Below, in pieces: positions 21,626 to 31,934 of a stretch of DNA of 64,000 nucleotides. Position 1 is the first letter of the stretch. The number at the start of each line of letters is the position of its first letter. The DNA is from an uncultured Gammaproteobacteria bacterium (GTDB taxonomy: Bacteria > Pseudomonadota > Gammaproteobacteria > Steroidobacterales > BM003): the NCBI GenBank assembly GCA_963699835.1, contig CAVOVJ010000008.1, positions 73,417 to 137,416 of the forward strand. Direction: 5' to 3'. The translations under genes were made by a program, and so were the position numbers. A model generated the notes under the pieces. The model was given only the letters and a program-made list of their open reading frames with translations, was not told where the DNA came from and ran no database searches.

Positions 21626-21899
21626 AGCCCAGCGAATTCTTTTTAAGGTATTGTTTTCGTTGTCTTTTAATGACAAATTTCAAACACTCGGCGAGTACTG
21701 ACTCTTCGTAAGGCAGTCTGACAATAACACCTTTTTTTGTTTAAAAGCAATATGTTATAACCTCTCGACAAAACACCTGTACAATTTCCCCCCACACGGG
21801 TTGCCGGTTCGTCTATAAATTACCCACCCCGCAGCCATTGTGGCTTTGCAACAACGATTAAAAAACATTGACTTGTCGGCAGGTTGACAATTCAGGCTA

Positions 21900-23378
21900 A
21901 TGCGCCGGTATGCTCGGGAATCGAAGTCTGCAGCGCCACAAAGACGGAAAAAGAGTGTCGGAATTATTTACACAGATGAGTTTCGGGCGGTGACTATCGG
22001 AGCCGCAACACTGCGTGAACGCATCTCGCGTCCGTTCATGCTGCTGCTCGTTGTCGCTATGACATCGGCGTGGCTGGCGGCAGTGACAATCCTGCGCAGC
22101 ACAGTGATCGACACCCTCGATCGCCGCCTCGAGTATTCGGTATCCGTACTGGCCAGTGGCACATTGCCGCTTACGCCCGAACTGCTAAATCGGGCCGGAC
22201 TGGTAACGGGTCTGGATTTCGCCCTGATCGACAAAGATGAGCACATGATAGCCAGTACGATCGCACTGGATTCGGCGGACACGTTGACCCGCAGTCCGGA
22301 GGTCCTCGAACTGATCCGGTCGAAACCGAACCTGCCGTACTCAGCCAGCACGATAGACGGGCGGCGTGTCGCCGCCAAGCAGGTTGCCGGCAGAGCAATG
22401 CCCGATGGCGTCACTCTTGTGGCGATTGCATCGCTGGACGATATACGACACTCAGTTGGCAAGGCCGCTGCATGGTTTGCGTTGACCCTGCTCGGCGCCG
22501 GGCTGATGCTGTACCTTCTCGGGCGCAGAGTCAGCCGCGCCATTTCGCGACCGATCAGTGAACTCGGCACTTTTGCCGAGCGCATCTCGTCGGGCGAGCG
22601 GAATATCGACAATCGCCTGGATGGACCGAAGGAATTGCAAAAGCTCGGTGAAATCATGGCGAGTATGGCGCAGCGAATCGATGATACCGAGGCCGAAATG
22701 ATGCGCCAGAATCGCTACAAGGCGCTCGGCGAGATGGCCGCGCGGATCGCGCATGAGATCAGAAATCCGCTCACTGCAATCAAGATGCAGTTGCAACTTA
22801 TGCAGGAATCGGCCGATGCCGCGGGTCGGGAAAAACTCCAGCGTGTGCTGAACGAAACGGCACGCCTTGAGATGATCACCGCAAATACGCTGTCACTCGG
22901 CGGGGATCTTGCGATACGGACGCAACCTGTCGAACTCGACAGTATCGCCGCCGAGGTCATCGAATTGCTGCGACCGCAGTTTCAGCACCAGCACATCACG
23001 CTCCGGTTCGAACCGGGTTGCGAAACTTCTCTACCACTCGATGCGGATCGTGTTAAACAGGCATTGCTGAATCTGCTGGTCAATGCTGCTGACGAACTGG
23101 TCAAAGGCGGCGAGGTCAGCGTGGCGACGCGTGGCGGGGACCACAATGCAGTGCTGATCGTTGAGGACGACGGCCCCGGAATTGCCGCCGACAAACGCAG
23201 TGCATTATTCGACAATCCAACCAGCGACAAGAAATTCGGTCTTGGGCTTGGCCTTGTCGTCGCCCGCCAGGTCGTCGAAGCGCATGGCGGACAACTCACC
23301 GTCATGGACAGCGAACGACTGGGAGGCGCAAAATTTCGCATGGAGTTTCCGCGTCCCGAGAAAGTTGTAACGGAGTAG
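21900..23378 (+). CDS. Sensor histidine kinase (2 TM, periplasmic domain, HAMP, HisKA, HATPase)
   Basis: H-box HEIRNPLTAIKMQLQL, N-box LLNLLVNAADE and G-boxes DDGPGI / GLGLGLVV. The true start may be downstream (for example GTG ~21990), because a TTGACA lies only 11 nt before 21900. Confidence 0.85.
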   Translation: MRRYARESKSAAPQRRKKSVGIIYTDEFRAVTIGAATLRERISRPFMLLLVVAMTSAWLAAVTILRSTVIDTLDRRLEYSVSVLASGTLPLTPELLNRAGLVTGLDFALIDKDEHMIASTIALDSADTLTRSPEVLELIRSKPNLPYSASTIDGRRVAAKQVAGRAMPDGVTLVAIASLDDIRHSVGKAAAWFALTLLGAGLMLYLLGRRVSRAISRPISELGTFAERISSGERNIDNRLDGPKELQKLGEIMASMAQRIDDTEAEMMRQNRYKALGEMAARIAHEIRNPLTAIKMQLQLMQESADAAGREKLQRVLNETARLEMITANTLSLGGDLAIRTQPVELDSIAAEVIELLRPQFQHQHITLRFEPGCETSLPLDADRVKQALLNLLVNAADELVKGGEVSVATRGGDHNAVLIVEDDGPGIAADKRSALFDNPTSDKKFGLGLGLVVARQVVEAHGGQLTVMDSERLGGAKFRMEFPRPEKVVTE

Positions 23379-23384
23379 ACAGGC

Positions 23385-24823
23385 ATGGCAAAAGTTCTTG
23401 TTGCCGACGACGAACAATCGATCTGCGATGCGTTCAGCGCGTTTCTGACCCATGAGGGGCACACGGCGCTGACCGCATCGACCGGACCCGAGGCGATATC
23501 GCTGGTAACCGATGAACGTCCCGACGCGATGTTTCTCGATGTGCGCATGCCGGGCAATGAAAATCTCGAAGCATTGCGCGAAATCAAGTCGCTCAACCCG
23601 GAACTGCCGGTCATAGTAATGACGGCGCATGGAACGCTCGATACCGCGCTCGAGGCGATGCGATTGCAGGCATTCGACTATATCGGCAAGCCGGTCGAAC
23701 TGGCGCAGGCTCGAGAACTGCTATCCCGTGCGCTGCATTACAGCCTGCTCGAAACCCGCAACCGACGATATCGCCGCACTGCCCGCTGGCGACGGCCTGC
23801 CGCGACTGGTCGGCCAGAGCCCCGCGATGCAGGAGGTCTACAAAATGATGGGGCTGCTCACCGCAAACGATTTGTCTGTGCTGATTACCGGTGAGAGCGG
23901 CGTCGGCAAGGAACTCGTCGCGCACGGCATCCACGACAACAGCGCGCGCGCCGACCAGCCGTTTGTCGCGGTGAACTGCGCGGCTATTCCGGAGGGGCTG
24001 ATCGAAAGCGAGTTATTCGGTCACGAGAAAGGCGCTTTCACCAGCGCCCACGAGAAACGCGTCGGCCGGTTCGAGGCGGCGGGCCAGGGCACGCTGTTCC
24101 TCGATGAAGTATCGGAGTTACCGGTGCACTTGCAGAGCAAGCTGCTGCGGGTGTTGCAGGAACGCAGTTTCGAGAGAGTCGGCAGCGGCGAATCGCGCCC
24201 GTTCCGTGCGCGGCTGATCGCTGCGTGCAACAGCAACCTGGAGGAAGAGATGCGAGGCCGGCCGGTTCCGCGAGGATCTCTATCACCGGCTGAATCTTGC
24301 GACGCTGACAATTCCGCCGTTGCGCGAGAGGAAAACCGATGTTGCGATTCTCGCCGGGCACTTTTTGCGCGTTGCCAACGAGGAAGTCGGTAAACAGATA
24401 TCAGGGATAGACGACGCAGCGCTCAGACTGCTGGAGGCGTATCCGTGGCCGGGCAACGTACGCGAACTCGAGCACACGATAAAACGCGCCGCGCTGGTCG
24501 CACGCGGCAACGCGATTACGATCCATGACATCGATGGTGAGTTGCTGCGGCAGGATTCGGCTTCGACGGCCGGTTCCCGTGAGGAACTCAGGTCGCTGGT
24601 CAGCGCCTGGGCCGAGCGCGCATTCGCCTCCTCCATAGACGGGCCCGACGACCCAGACGGTCCGGACGACGAGAACCGATACCAGGACATTGTCCGGTGC
24701 GTCGAGGAAGAAATCGTTGCCGCTGCCTTGGCGAGGACCGGCGGCAACCAGGTGGCCGCGTCCCGCTTTCTCGGGCTGAACCGCACAACCCTTCGCAGCA
24801 AGATCCGCAAATCCGGCGACTGA
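23385..24823 (+). pseudogene. NtrC-family sigma-54-dependent response regulator (REC, AAA+, Fis-type HTH); two frame breaks (~23740, ~24255)
   Basis: REC domain in ORF 23385..23894 (VLVADDE...DVRMPG...). AAA+ domain in ORF 23629..24393 ([31 protein letters not shown]). C-terminus in ORF 24320..24823 (WPGNVRELEH, ...GGNQVAASRFLGLNRTTLRSKI). Confidence 0.85.
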
Positions 24824-24965
24824 GCAAATTCTGCACACGCGCGCGGCACAACTGCCGACAATCCATTCACAACCGAGCCGCAGCGCGGCAGTGGCTTTGT
24901 AGTGGGACCACGTAAGTGCTTGTTTCCGTAGCTGCAAAAGCCCTATCTAAACGATTTTCAGGAAC

Positions 24966-24981
24966 TGGCATGATCGTTGCT
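24966..24981 (+). promoter_or_regulatory. Candidate sigma-54 promoter heading the MoxR/vWA operon
   Basis: The plus strand reads TGGCATGATCGTTGCT (canonical spacing). It lies 143 nt after the regulator stop and about 235 nt before the first operon ATG (25215). Confidence 0.7.
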
Positions 24982-25214
24982 TAAAAGTATCTGGTGTGGA
25001 ATCCACAAGGATTTCGCGGCGCGCCCGGGTCCCCCACAATTACCCGGGCTCGCCAGCCAGCCCGATCACATCGCCCCAGTGGCCGGGCTGGCCGAAACAA
25101 TCGGCAGCGTGCTGTCGGGTGACAAACGAGCGGCAGGCGCGTCTGCAAAGATGCGTCTGCCGTATCGTACTGGTAGCCAATAACAATAACAGTCTCCTCA
25201 AGGGGGTCGGCAGA

Positions 25215-25925
25215 ATGGCACCGATCAGAGGGCATAAGGGCCGGGCAACCGGAGCGGCCCTGCTACAGGGAAATGTGTCCGGCACACTGCTGGGCGCAGC
25301 CACGGCTGTATTGGCGCTGACTGCCTTCGAAGTCCCGGCTGCCGCCGAGGGAATGCTGGTCGCGGCCATCGCACTGTTCAGCGGAATCTGGTTCTGCCCG
25401 GTTTTCATCGCTGGCGCGGTTACGCGGGTCACCGCGACCATTGCCTGGTCCGTCACTCTGCCACTTGCAATAGCCGCGGCAACAGCCGCCACCACCGCCA
25501 TCCCCTTGTCGCGAATTGCCTACCCGGGTGGGGCCGCGATCCTGATTCTGATCGCCGCATCACTTGCCATCGCGTGGGCGGATACGCGCGGTTGGCGCGA
25601 GGCACGAACCGGACTCGTGCTGTTATTCGCAATCAGCATTACAAGCTGTGTATGGCTCGGTCCCGCTGCCGAGCTGGCAGCGGCAAGACCCTGGATGGCG
25701 AGCCTGATCGTCAATCTCAACCCGGCCTCGTTTCTGGCGGTTGCGGCCGGGCACGACTACCTGCTCGATACCTGGCTCTACCAGCACACGGCTTTCGGCA
25801 GTCTGCGCTACCAATACTGGCCACTGAGTCTGTTCGTCGGCCTGAGCCTCGTGGTCGCGGCGACTTTCGCGGCATGCCTGCTTTTACCAGTCAACAAGAA
25901 CGCCGGATCCACGGCGACAACGTAA
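25215..25925 (+). CDS. Polytopic membrane protein, unknown function
   Basis: ATG at 25215 preceded by AAGGGGG. About 6 hydrophobic segments rich in Ala/Ile/Leu. No motif recognised. Confidence 0.5.
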   Translation: MAPIRGHKGRATGAALLQGNVSGTLLGAATAVLALTAFEVPAAAEGMLVAAIALFSGIWFCPVFIAGAVTRVTATIAWSVTLPLAIAAATAATTAIPLSRIAYPGGAAILILIAASLAIAWADTRGWREARTGLVLLFAISITSCVWLGPAAELAAARPWMASLIVNLNPASFLAVAAGHDYLLDTWLYQHTAFGSLRYQYWPLSLFVGLSLVVAATFAACLLLPVNKNAGSTATT

Positions 25926-25941
25926 TTTGAAGGAGCAATCT

Positions 25942-27018
25942 ATGAGACAGGGGATTTTCCAGGCCTGGTTAGCGATGACCCTACTTGTATGCGGCGGTGT
26001 AAATGCCGAGCCCGTGATGGATCCGGCGCTGCGCGAGAAAGCCGGCCGCGCGGCGGATGCCGGCCTGCATTATCTGCGCGAGCACCAGGCGGAAGACGGT
26101 TCATGGTCGGAGTCGGTCGGAGTCACTGCGCTCGCGCTACGGGCGTTTCTCGAGAGTCATCGCGGCTATAACGAAGGCGATGGCGCGTTTATCACTCGGC
26201 CGATCAGTTTCATCATGGCTAATGTCCGCGACGACGGATCGATAAGCGAGACAGCGCAGAAGAAAAACTACAACACCGCCGTGTCACTCACCGCACTGGC
26301 GGCAACCAACAACAGCGACTACGCAACGACGATCAGCAACGGACAGAAATTTCTCAAGGGCCTGCAGCTCGACGGGCCCGACGGCTACGAGCCCGATCAC
26401 AAGTACTACGGCGGCATTGGCTACGGCGGTGACGAACGCCCCGATCTTTCCAACCAGTACATGGCGCTGGAAGCGCTGAAAGCAACCGCCACGGATGAGA
26501 ACGACCCGGTCTGGGACAAGGCACTCACTTTTGTCAGCCGCGCGCAAAACTACAGTGAAACCAACGACCAGGAATGGGCCGGCAACGACGGCGGCTTCGT
26601 GTACATGCCGGGTTACAGCCCGCATGAAGGACTGAACTCCTATGGCGGCATGACGTCTGCCGGACTGCTGAGCCTGTTGTTCGCGGGCGCCGACAAATCG
26701 GACCCGCGGGTAAAAGCCGCCTACGACTGGATTCGCGCCAACTACACGCTCGAGGAAAATCCGGGTGCCGGGAACCAGGGTCTTTACTACTACTACAACG
26801 TGTTCGCCAAATGCATGTATGTCTATGGCGAAACCGAGATTGTCGACACCAACGGCGTCGCGCACAACTGGCGTAACGATCTCGCGCGGAAACTGATCAG
26901 CCTGCAACAGAAAGACGGCTCATGGTTCAACCCCGATTCACCCCGCTGGTGGGAGGGGAACAAGGACCTCGTCACCGCCTGGAGCGTGATCGCGCTGAAC
27001 TCCGTGTTGCGCGACTAG
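25942..27018 (+). CDS. Secreted prenyltransferase/squalene-oxidase-repeat (alpha/alpha toroid) protein
   Basis: AGGAG RBS then ATG at 25942. Signal peptide (MRQGIFQAWLAMTLLVCGGVNA). Repeats of the type HQAEDGSWSE...VTALALRAF, DGSISE, YGGIGY, QQKDGSWFN...VTAWSVIAL. Confidence 0.7.
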   Translation: MRQGIFQAWLAMTLLVCGGVNAEPVMDPALREKAGRAADAGLHYLREHQAEDGSWSESVGVTALALRAFLESHRGYNEGDGAFITRPISFIMANVRDDGSISETAQKKNYNTAVSLTALAATNNSDYATTISNGQKFLKGLQLDGPDGYEPDHKYYGGIGYGGDERPDLSNQYMALEALKATATDENDPVWDKALTFVSRAQNYSETNDQEWAGNDGGFVYMPGYSPHEGLNSYGGMTSAGLLSLLFAGADKSDPRVKAAYDWIRANYTLEENPGAGNQGLYYYYNVFAKCMYVYGETEIVDTNGVAHNWRNDLARKLISLQQKDGSWFNPDSPRWWEGNKDLVTAWSVIALNSVLRD

Positions 27019-27028
27019 GGAGAACGGC

Positions 27029-28513
27029 TTGGCGCTGCAAAGGCATGCACTTGCAGGTATCACCGCAACGGCGTTTCTCGCGCTGGCCGGCAACGATGCT
27101 GCGGCTGCCGTCTCAACCCATGCGGCGTGGGGCGGCAATGTTCATCCGGGACGGCCAACCGGGGTATTTGTCGAGGTGCAGCCAACATCGGGCGGGGATG
27201 CGCAGATCACGGTTACCAGTGGCGGACAGCGCTACACCAGCCTTGCCCGCCTCGAACCCGGAACCCTGCATCGCCAGTGGCTGACAGTCGTTCCTTCCGC
27301 CGGGCGCTCGCTCGAGGTGCTGGTACAAACCCCCGGCGCTGCCGACCACCACGAACAATTGTCGCTGCGGGTGGCGCGCCAGCCGATCGTCGCCTATGTC
27401 TCAATGGGAGAACTGCGCCTCCCGCAAGACGCAAAACACACAGTGGTTGCAGTGGACCCTGCCTTGCTTCCAGACAGTACCGATGCATTTGCCACGCTTG
27501 ATGCGCTGGTCCTTGCACGCTCCGGCTTCGAACGTCTGTCCGAGGCGCAAATCGCGACATTGCTCGCCTTTCTCGGCACATGCGGCCGTCTGCTCGCTGT
27601 CGATATGCCAGATGCGACGTTTCGCCTGCTGCGGGCACAGGCCGGATGCGGCGGTCTCTTCGTCGCGTCCGCCAACCTGCCCGGAACGCATGCAGCCGTA
27701 AACCGGTTGCTCGCGGCCGAGCACGATACGCTGCCGTCCGCCGCGCGACTGGCAGCGATGCAGCCGGAAGCCCAACGTATGCAGCTATGGTGGCGCGTCA
27801 CGATCTTCGTGCTCGGCTATGTGATCGTCATGGCGCTGCTTGCCGCTTCGGGTCGCGCCCGCCCCGTACTGGCAGCGACACCGTTGCTGGCGGCGGTCAT
27901 CGCGTTGCTGGTGTGGACGGCGGATGCTCGCGAGGAGTTGCTGGTATGGTCGGAAACCTACCAGGGTACCCAGTTTGCCCGCTACAGGGGGCTGATCCGC
28001 GTCACCGGCACCGGTCGCGGGATGCGCCGGCTGATCGCGCCACCGGGCGGCGGCCAGCCGCGCCCGGTCAGCGACCGCGTCGTTGCCACGTTCACCGCGA
28101 CGGCGGGACAGGCCAATCAGCACAGCATCGAGATTCCCGTCTCGCTGATGTCGCGGTCACTGTTCCTGCTGGAGGGCACATTTCCTGTCAATCCCGCCCT
28201 CGCGCTCGCTGGACCGGAGCATTCTCCCGCCGTCGTTCATCGCGGCGGTCAGCCGACACCACAGGGGTTGTTGAGCCTGGACGGTGACATTTTCCCGGTG
28301 CCGGCAATGCAACCGGGACAGACCGTGCATATCGACACGGATTCGCCGTTACCCCGCGATCACAGGATCGGAAGCCTGTTGCGCCTGCGCGCCGGCTCGC
28401 GCGGCTCGCTGTTGTTGCCACTCGAACGGATCGATCGGCTCGCTGCGGAACGCGCGAGCAGCATGGGCTGGTTAATGGTCACTCCGCGAACAGCGCAGGA
28501 CGAGGCGGGATGA
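27029..28513 (+). CDS. Hypothetical exported/membrane protein (possible GATase1-like DUF1355-type fold, central TM pair)
   Basis: TTG start after GGGAGA. Signal-like N-terminus. The segment VVAVDPALLPDSTDAFATLDALVLARSGFERLSEAQIATLLAFLGTCGRLLAV is followed by two TM helices. Fold assignment is tentative. Confidence 0.5.
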   Translation: MALQRHALAGITATAFLALAGNDAAAAVSTHAAWGGNVHPGRPTGVFVEVQPTSGGDAQITVTSGGQRYTSLARLEPGTLHRQWLTVVPSAGRSLEVLVQTPGAADHHEQLSLRVARQPIVAYVSMGELRLPQDAKHTVVAVDPALLPDSTDAFATLDALVLARSGFERLSEAQIATLLAFLGTCGRLLAVDMPDATFRLLRAQAGCGGLFVASANLPGTHAAVNRLLAAEHDTLPSAARLAAMQPEAQRMQLWWRVTIFVLGYVIVMALLAASGRARPVLAATPLLAAVIALLVWTADAREELLVWSETYQGTQFARYRGLIRVTGTGRGMRRLIAPPGGGQPRPVSDRVVATFTATAGQANQHSIEIPVSLMSRSLFLLEGTFPVNPALALAGPEHSPAVVHRGGQPTPQGLLSLDGDIFPVPAMQPGQTVHIDTDSPLPRDHRIGSLLRLRAGSRGSLLLPLERIDRLAAERASSMGWLMVTPRTAQDEAG

Positions 28514-28988
28514 TTCTCCGCTATCCGAACAATGCCACCCTGGTCTGGAGTCTGGCTGCGCTTCTCCCTGTTGCTGCGTGGTTCCTGTTGACTGCGCGCC
28601 TCGCAATTCTTCGCGGTGTGGACCTCAGCGCCAGCGCCGACATCGCGTTTGCCGTGCTGGCAACGGCACAGGCGTTCGTCATTCCGCTGTTTGCAGCCGG
28701 ACACCGACCCGTAATGCGGCCGATTTCGCGGTTGCCGCCGCCTGCCCGATCTATACCGGGCTGCCGTTCGCCGCGCTGTTCTGGCTCGCCGGCACGCTCG
28801 ATGCAACGGTTGCGATTGCGACCCAGGCATTGCTTGCCAGTTTCGCGGTGGGCTGCATGCTGCTGACCAGGTCAATACAGGCAGTACTGCCGGCGCGTGT
28901 GGCCGGGCCAATGATCCGGATCGTACTTGGCCTGACAGCGGCGGCGGCAGTCGTCTTCAGCCGCGACTGGCTCGGTTGGATATCCTGA
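28510..28988 (+). pseudogene. Small polytopic membrane protein; one frame break (~28700)
   Basis: ATGA overlap with the preceding gene. Hydrophobic segments continue from ORF 28510..28866 into ORF 28578..28988. Confidence 0.4.
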
Positions 28989-29911
28989 TGGCCAACCGCG
29001 CCACCGAGTTCTCCGATCTCGTTCGCGCGTATCGCCGCCGGGCCCTGAGGCAGTCGCTGGCACGCGCGCTGCTAAGCGCATTCAAACTGGGCGCCGTCGT
29101 TCTGGTCACCGCGGCCTGCCTGCGCCTGGTCTGGCCTGCGATTCCGCCGATGTTGCCTGCCGTAGCCGGACTGCTGGCGTTTGCCGCCGTATTCCTGACC
29201 GGCCTGTACACGGAGTTGCTTCAACGCATCGCACCGATTGTTGCAGACACTGCACTGCACGCGGGTTCGTTGCTTGTCAGCGCGTTGGAACTGGAAGCCC
29301 AGCCGCGGCGACACGACCGTCGCGCTACAGTATTCACGATGCAGCGGGCACGCGCCGAACTACCCGCATGGCGTGCGGCAATTCGCGAAGTACTACGCCT
29401 GCCGTCGCCGCGCGCATTTCTACTGCCGCTCGCATTGCTCGTCGCCGGCCTCGCATTGCTGGCGTTACGTCCCGCGACGACAGCCCATGGTCCGCCCGAT
29501 TCGCGGGCAGAAAAATCGGACGCCACGGCAATTACATCGCGAAGGATCGCCGAGTTGCGCAGCTCACTGCAACCTGCAGGCTCCGGACAGCATGCAGCAG
29601 CGACGACACAAGACGCTCCGGGTCCGCCCGTTGCACGTAGCGATCGGGTCCGAAGCGCGCGCGACTCAGCTGCAACAGTTGACGAGATTACTGGGCAACG
29701 CGCCGTATCCGCCCCCACCATCGGTGACAGAGCAAATACGCGTGCGGTATCAGGACAAGGATCACGCGCCGGGTATGCCGCGGCAACGGACGACAGCGTC
29801 AGTTCTCGCGCTGACGATCTCGAGCTCGAGGTCACCGCGGTAGACATTGAGCGCAGTGGCAATGCAGGCGTCAGCATGAACGCGACTGCTGGCGCGTGGT
29901 TTTGCGGATAA
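28988..29911 (+). CDS. Hypothetical membrane protein with low-complexity C-terminal half
   Basis: TGATG overlap with the preceding gene (MANRATEFSDLVRAYRRRAL...). Three to four TM helices, then an Ala/Ser/Arg-rich tail. Confidence 0.45.
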   Translation: MANRATEFSDLVRAYRRRALRQSLARALLSAFKLGAVVLVTAACLRLVWPAIPPMLPAVAGLLAFAAVFLTGLYTELLQRIAPIVADTALHAGSLLVSALELEAQPRRHDRRATVFTMQRARAELPAWRAAIREVLRLPSPRAFLLPLALLVAGLALLALRPATTAHGPPDSRAEKSDATAITSRRIAELRSSLQPAGSGQHAAATTQDAPGPPVARSDRVRSARDSAATVDEITGQRAVSAPTIGDRANTRAVSGQGSRAGYAAATDDSVSSRADDLELEVTAVDIERSGNAGVSMNATAGAWFCG

Positions 29912-30053
29912 TCGCGCACGCGCAACTGAGGGCGCCGGTATGACGATGCCACCGGCCCTGCTTGCCACCGGCGCCCATGATTACGAACTGACGCCGGCCG
30001 AGCGCGGCTACTTCGAACGCTACCGCCGCCAGCGGGAGACAAGCCAATGAACG

Positions 30054-31047
30054 ATGCCAGCCAGGGTGAGTGCTTCGCCGCAAGCGGTCCGCGACCAGCT
30101 ACTGCAACTGCAGACTGCGTTGGAGGGTGTGCTGCTGGGGCAACAGCAACTGGTGCGCCAACTGCTGACAGCGCATTGTGGCCGGTGGCCACGTCTTGCT
30201 CGAGGGCCTGCCCGGTCTCGGCAAAACCAATCTCGCAAAAGGCCTTGCGAACGCGTTGGGTGTTTCACTCGGGCGGGTGCAATGTACACCGGATCTGATG
30301 CCGTCGGACATCACCGGCAGCGAAGTATTGCAGCGTGCCGCTGACGGACAAATGCAGATGGTCTTCCTGCGTGGGCCGATTTTCGCGTCGTTGGTCCTCG
30401 TTGACGAAATCAATCGTGCAACGCCGCGCACGCAAGCCGCTTTGCTGGAAGCGATGCAGGAAAGCCAGGTCACAGCCGGGGGCCACAAACACGTGCTGCC
30501 GCAACCGTTCTGGGTGCTGGCTACGCAGAACCCGATAGAGCTCGAAGGTACCTATCCACTACCAGAAGCGCAGCTCGACCGGTTCCTGTTCAAGTGTCAT
30601 GTCCCCTACCCCGACGCCGACGCCATGGCATCCATTCTCGATCAGGCCCTCGATAGCGAACCTTCGGACCGGCTGGGCAGGATCGTCACTGAATCGCAAT
30701 TGTCCGGACTGCATGACTGGGGAACGCGAGTCATCGTCGCGGAACCGGTAAAACGAGCGGCTGTCGAGCTTGTTCTTGCGACCCAGCCAGCGCGCGGCAA
30801 AGACACGATTGCCGCCCGTCATTTGCGTTACGGCGCGAGTCCGCGCGGCCTGCAGGCGATAGTCAAAGCCGCACGGATCAACGCGTTGTTTGACGGCCGT
30901 GCCCACGTTGCCATCGAGGATCTTCGCAGTGTCGCATTGCCGGCGCTGCGCCATCGCGTGTTGCTCAAAGTAGAGAGCGAGCTCGAGGGAGTCGATGCGG
31001 ATACGGTGCTGCAGGAGATAGTCCGGACATGGCTGAACGCGCATTGA
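30054..31047 (+). pseudogene. MoxR-family AAA+ ATPase; one frame break (~30175)
   Basis: The N-terminus in ORF 30054..30344 (LQLQTALEGVLLGQQQLVRQLLTAH) joins ORF 30178..31047 (GGHVLLEGLPGLGKT, LVDEINRATPRTQAALLEAMQE, ATQNPIELEGTYPLPEAQLDRF). Confidence 0.9.
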
Positions 31048-31934
31048 ACGATCCGCTGGCGGCTGTCGATCAGACCGAACTCAAACGCCTCGCGGGTGTA
31101 GCGGGAAAACTCCTGGCGGGACGCAGCTCGACAATGGGCGGCGGCCGCCCGCACCGGCGCCAGGCCGGGCGCGGACTCGAGTTTTTCGACCATCGCCCTT
31201 ACATTGCCGGCGACGAAGTCCGCCATGTTGACTGGCGCCAGAGCGCGCGACGCGAGACGCCGATGGTCCGGCGCTTTGTCCATGAGGCATCGACCGACTG
31301 GCTGGTGTGTCTCGACTGCAGCGCGTCGATGCAAAGCGCAGCTCGACGCAAGTGGGCACTCGGACTGCAGATCGCCGCCGCGGTCAGCTACCTGTTGCTG
31401 TACCTGGGTGATCGTGTCGCACTCGCCGGCTTCAGTGAAGATCTGGATGCCATCTGCAAATCCGGCCGCGGTGCGGCCCACTACACGCGTTTGCTGATGG
31501 TGCTGCGAGAACTGGTGCAACGCAGCGGCGGCAAGGCTTCGCAGCCCGGCGCGTGCGCGGGTCTGGCGCGTCGCGGCGATGCCGCAATCCTCATCACCGA
31601 CGGTCTCCGCGCAGACGGCATGAAACCCGATATTGCCTTGCTCGCGGCACAGTGCGCGCATGTTCGGGTGCTACAACTCGAGGACGTCCGCGATTTCAGC
31701 CTGCCGGGCGCGCCCGACCTGCGTCTCGTCGATGTCGAGAGCGGCATGGCACGCAGCGTCGCCAACTCCGATGCACTCATGCGAGCCGCGCGCACGGTAC
31801 GGGACAACATCGCGCAAAGCCTGCGCAACAACTGCCTGACACACGCCATTCCATACACTCGCGTCGATGCCGATTCACACTGGCGCGACGCATTGCTGAG
31901 CCACCTGGTTCCGGTGGCGTCGCGGCGTGATTGA
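31029..31934 (+). CDS. DUF58 (vWA-like) protein, MoxR partner
   Basis: GRGLEFFDHRPYIAGDEVRHVDWRQSAR is the DUF58 signature. 19-nt overlap with the moxR-like gene. Confidence 0.85.
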   Translation: MAERALNDPLAAVDQTELKRLAGVAGKLLAGRSSTMGGGRPHRRQAGRGLEFFDHRPYIAGDEVRHVDWRQSARRETPMVRRFVHEASTDWLVCLDCSASMQSAARRKWALGLQIAAAVSYLLLYLGDRVALAGFSEDLDAICKSGRGAAHYTRLLMVLRELVQRSGGKASQPGACAGLARRGDAAILITDGLRADGMKPDIALLAAQCAHVRVLQLEDVRDFSLPGAPDLRLVDVESGMARSVANSDALMRAARTVRDNIAQSLRNNCLTHAIPYTRVDADSHWRDALLSHLVPVASRRD

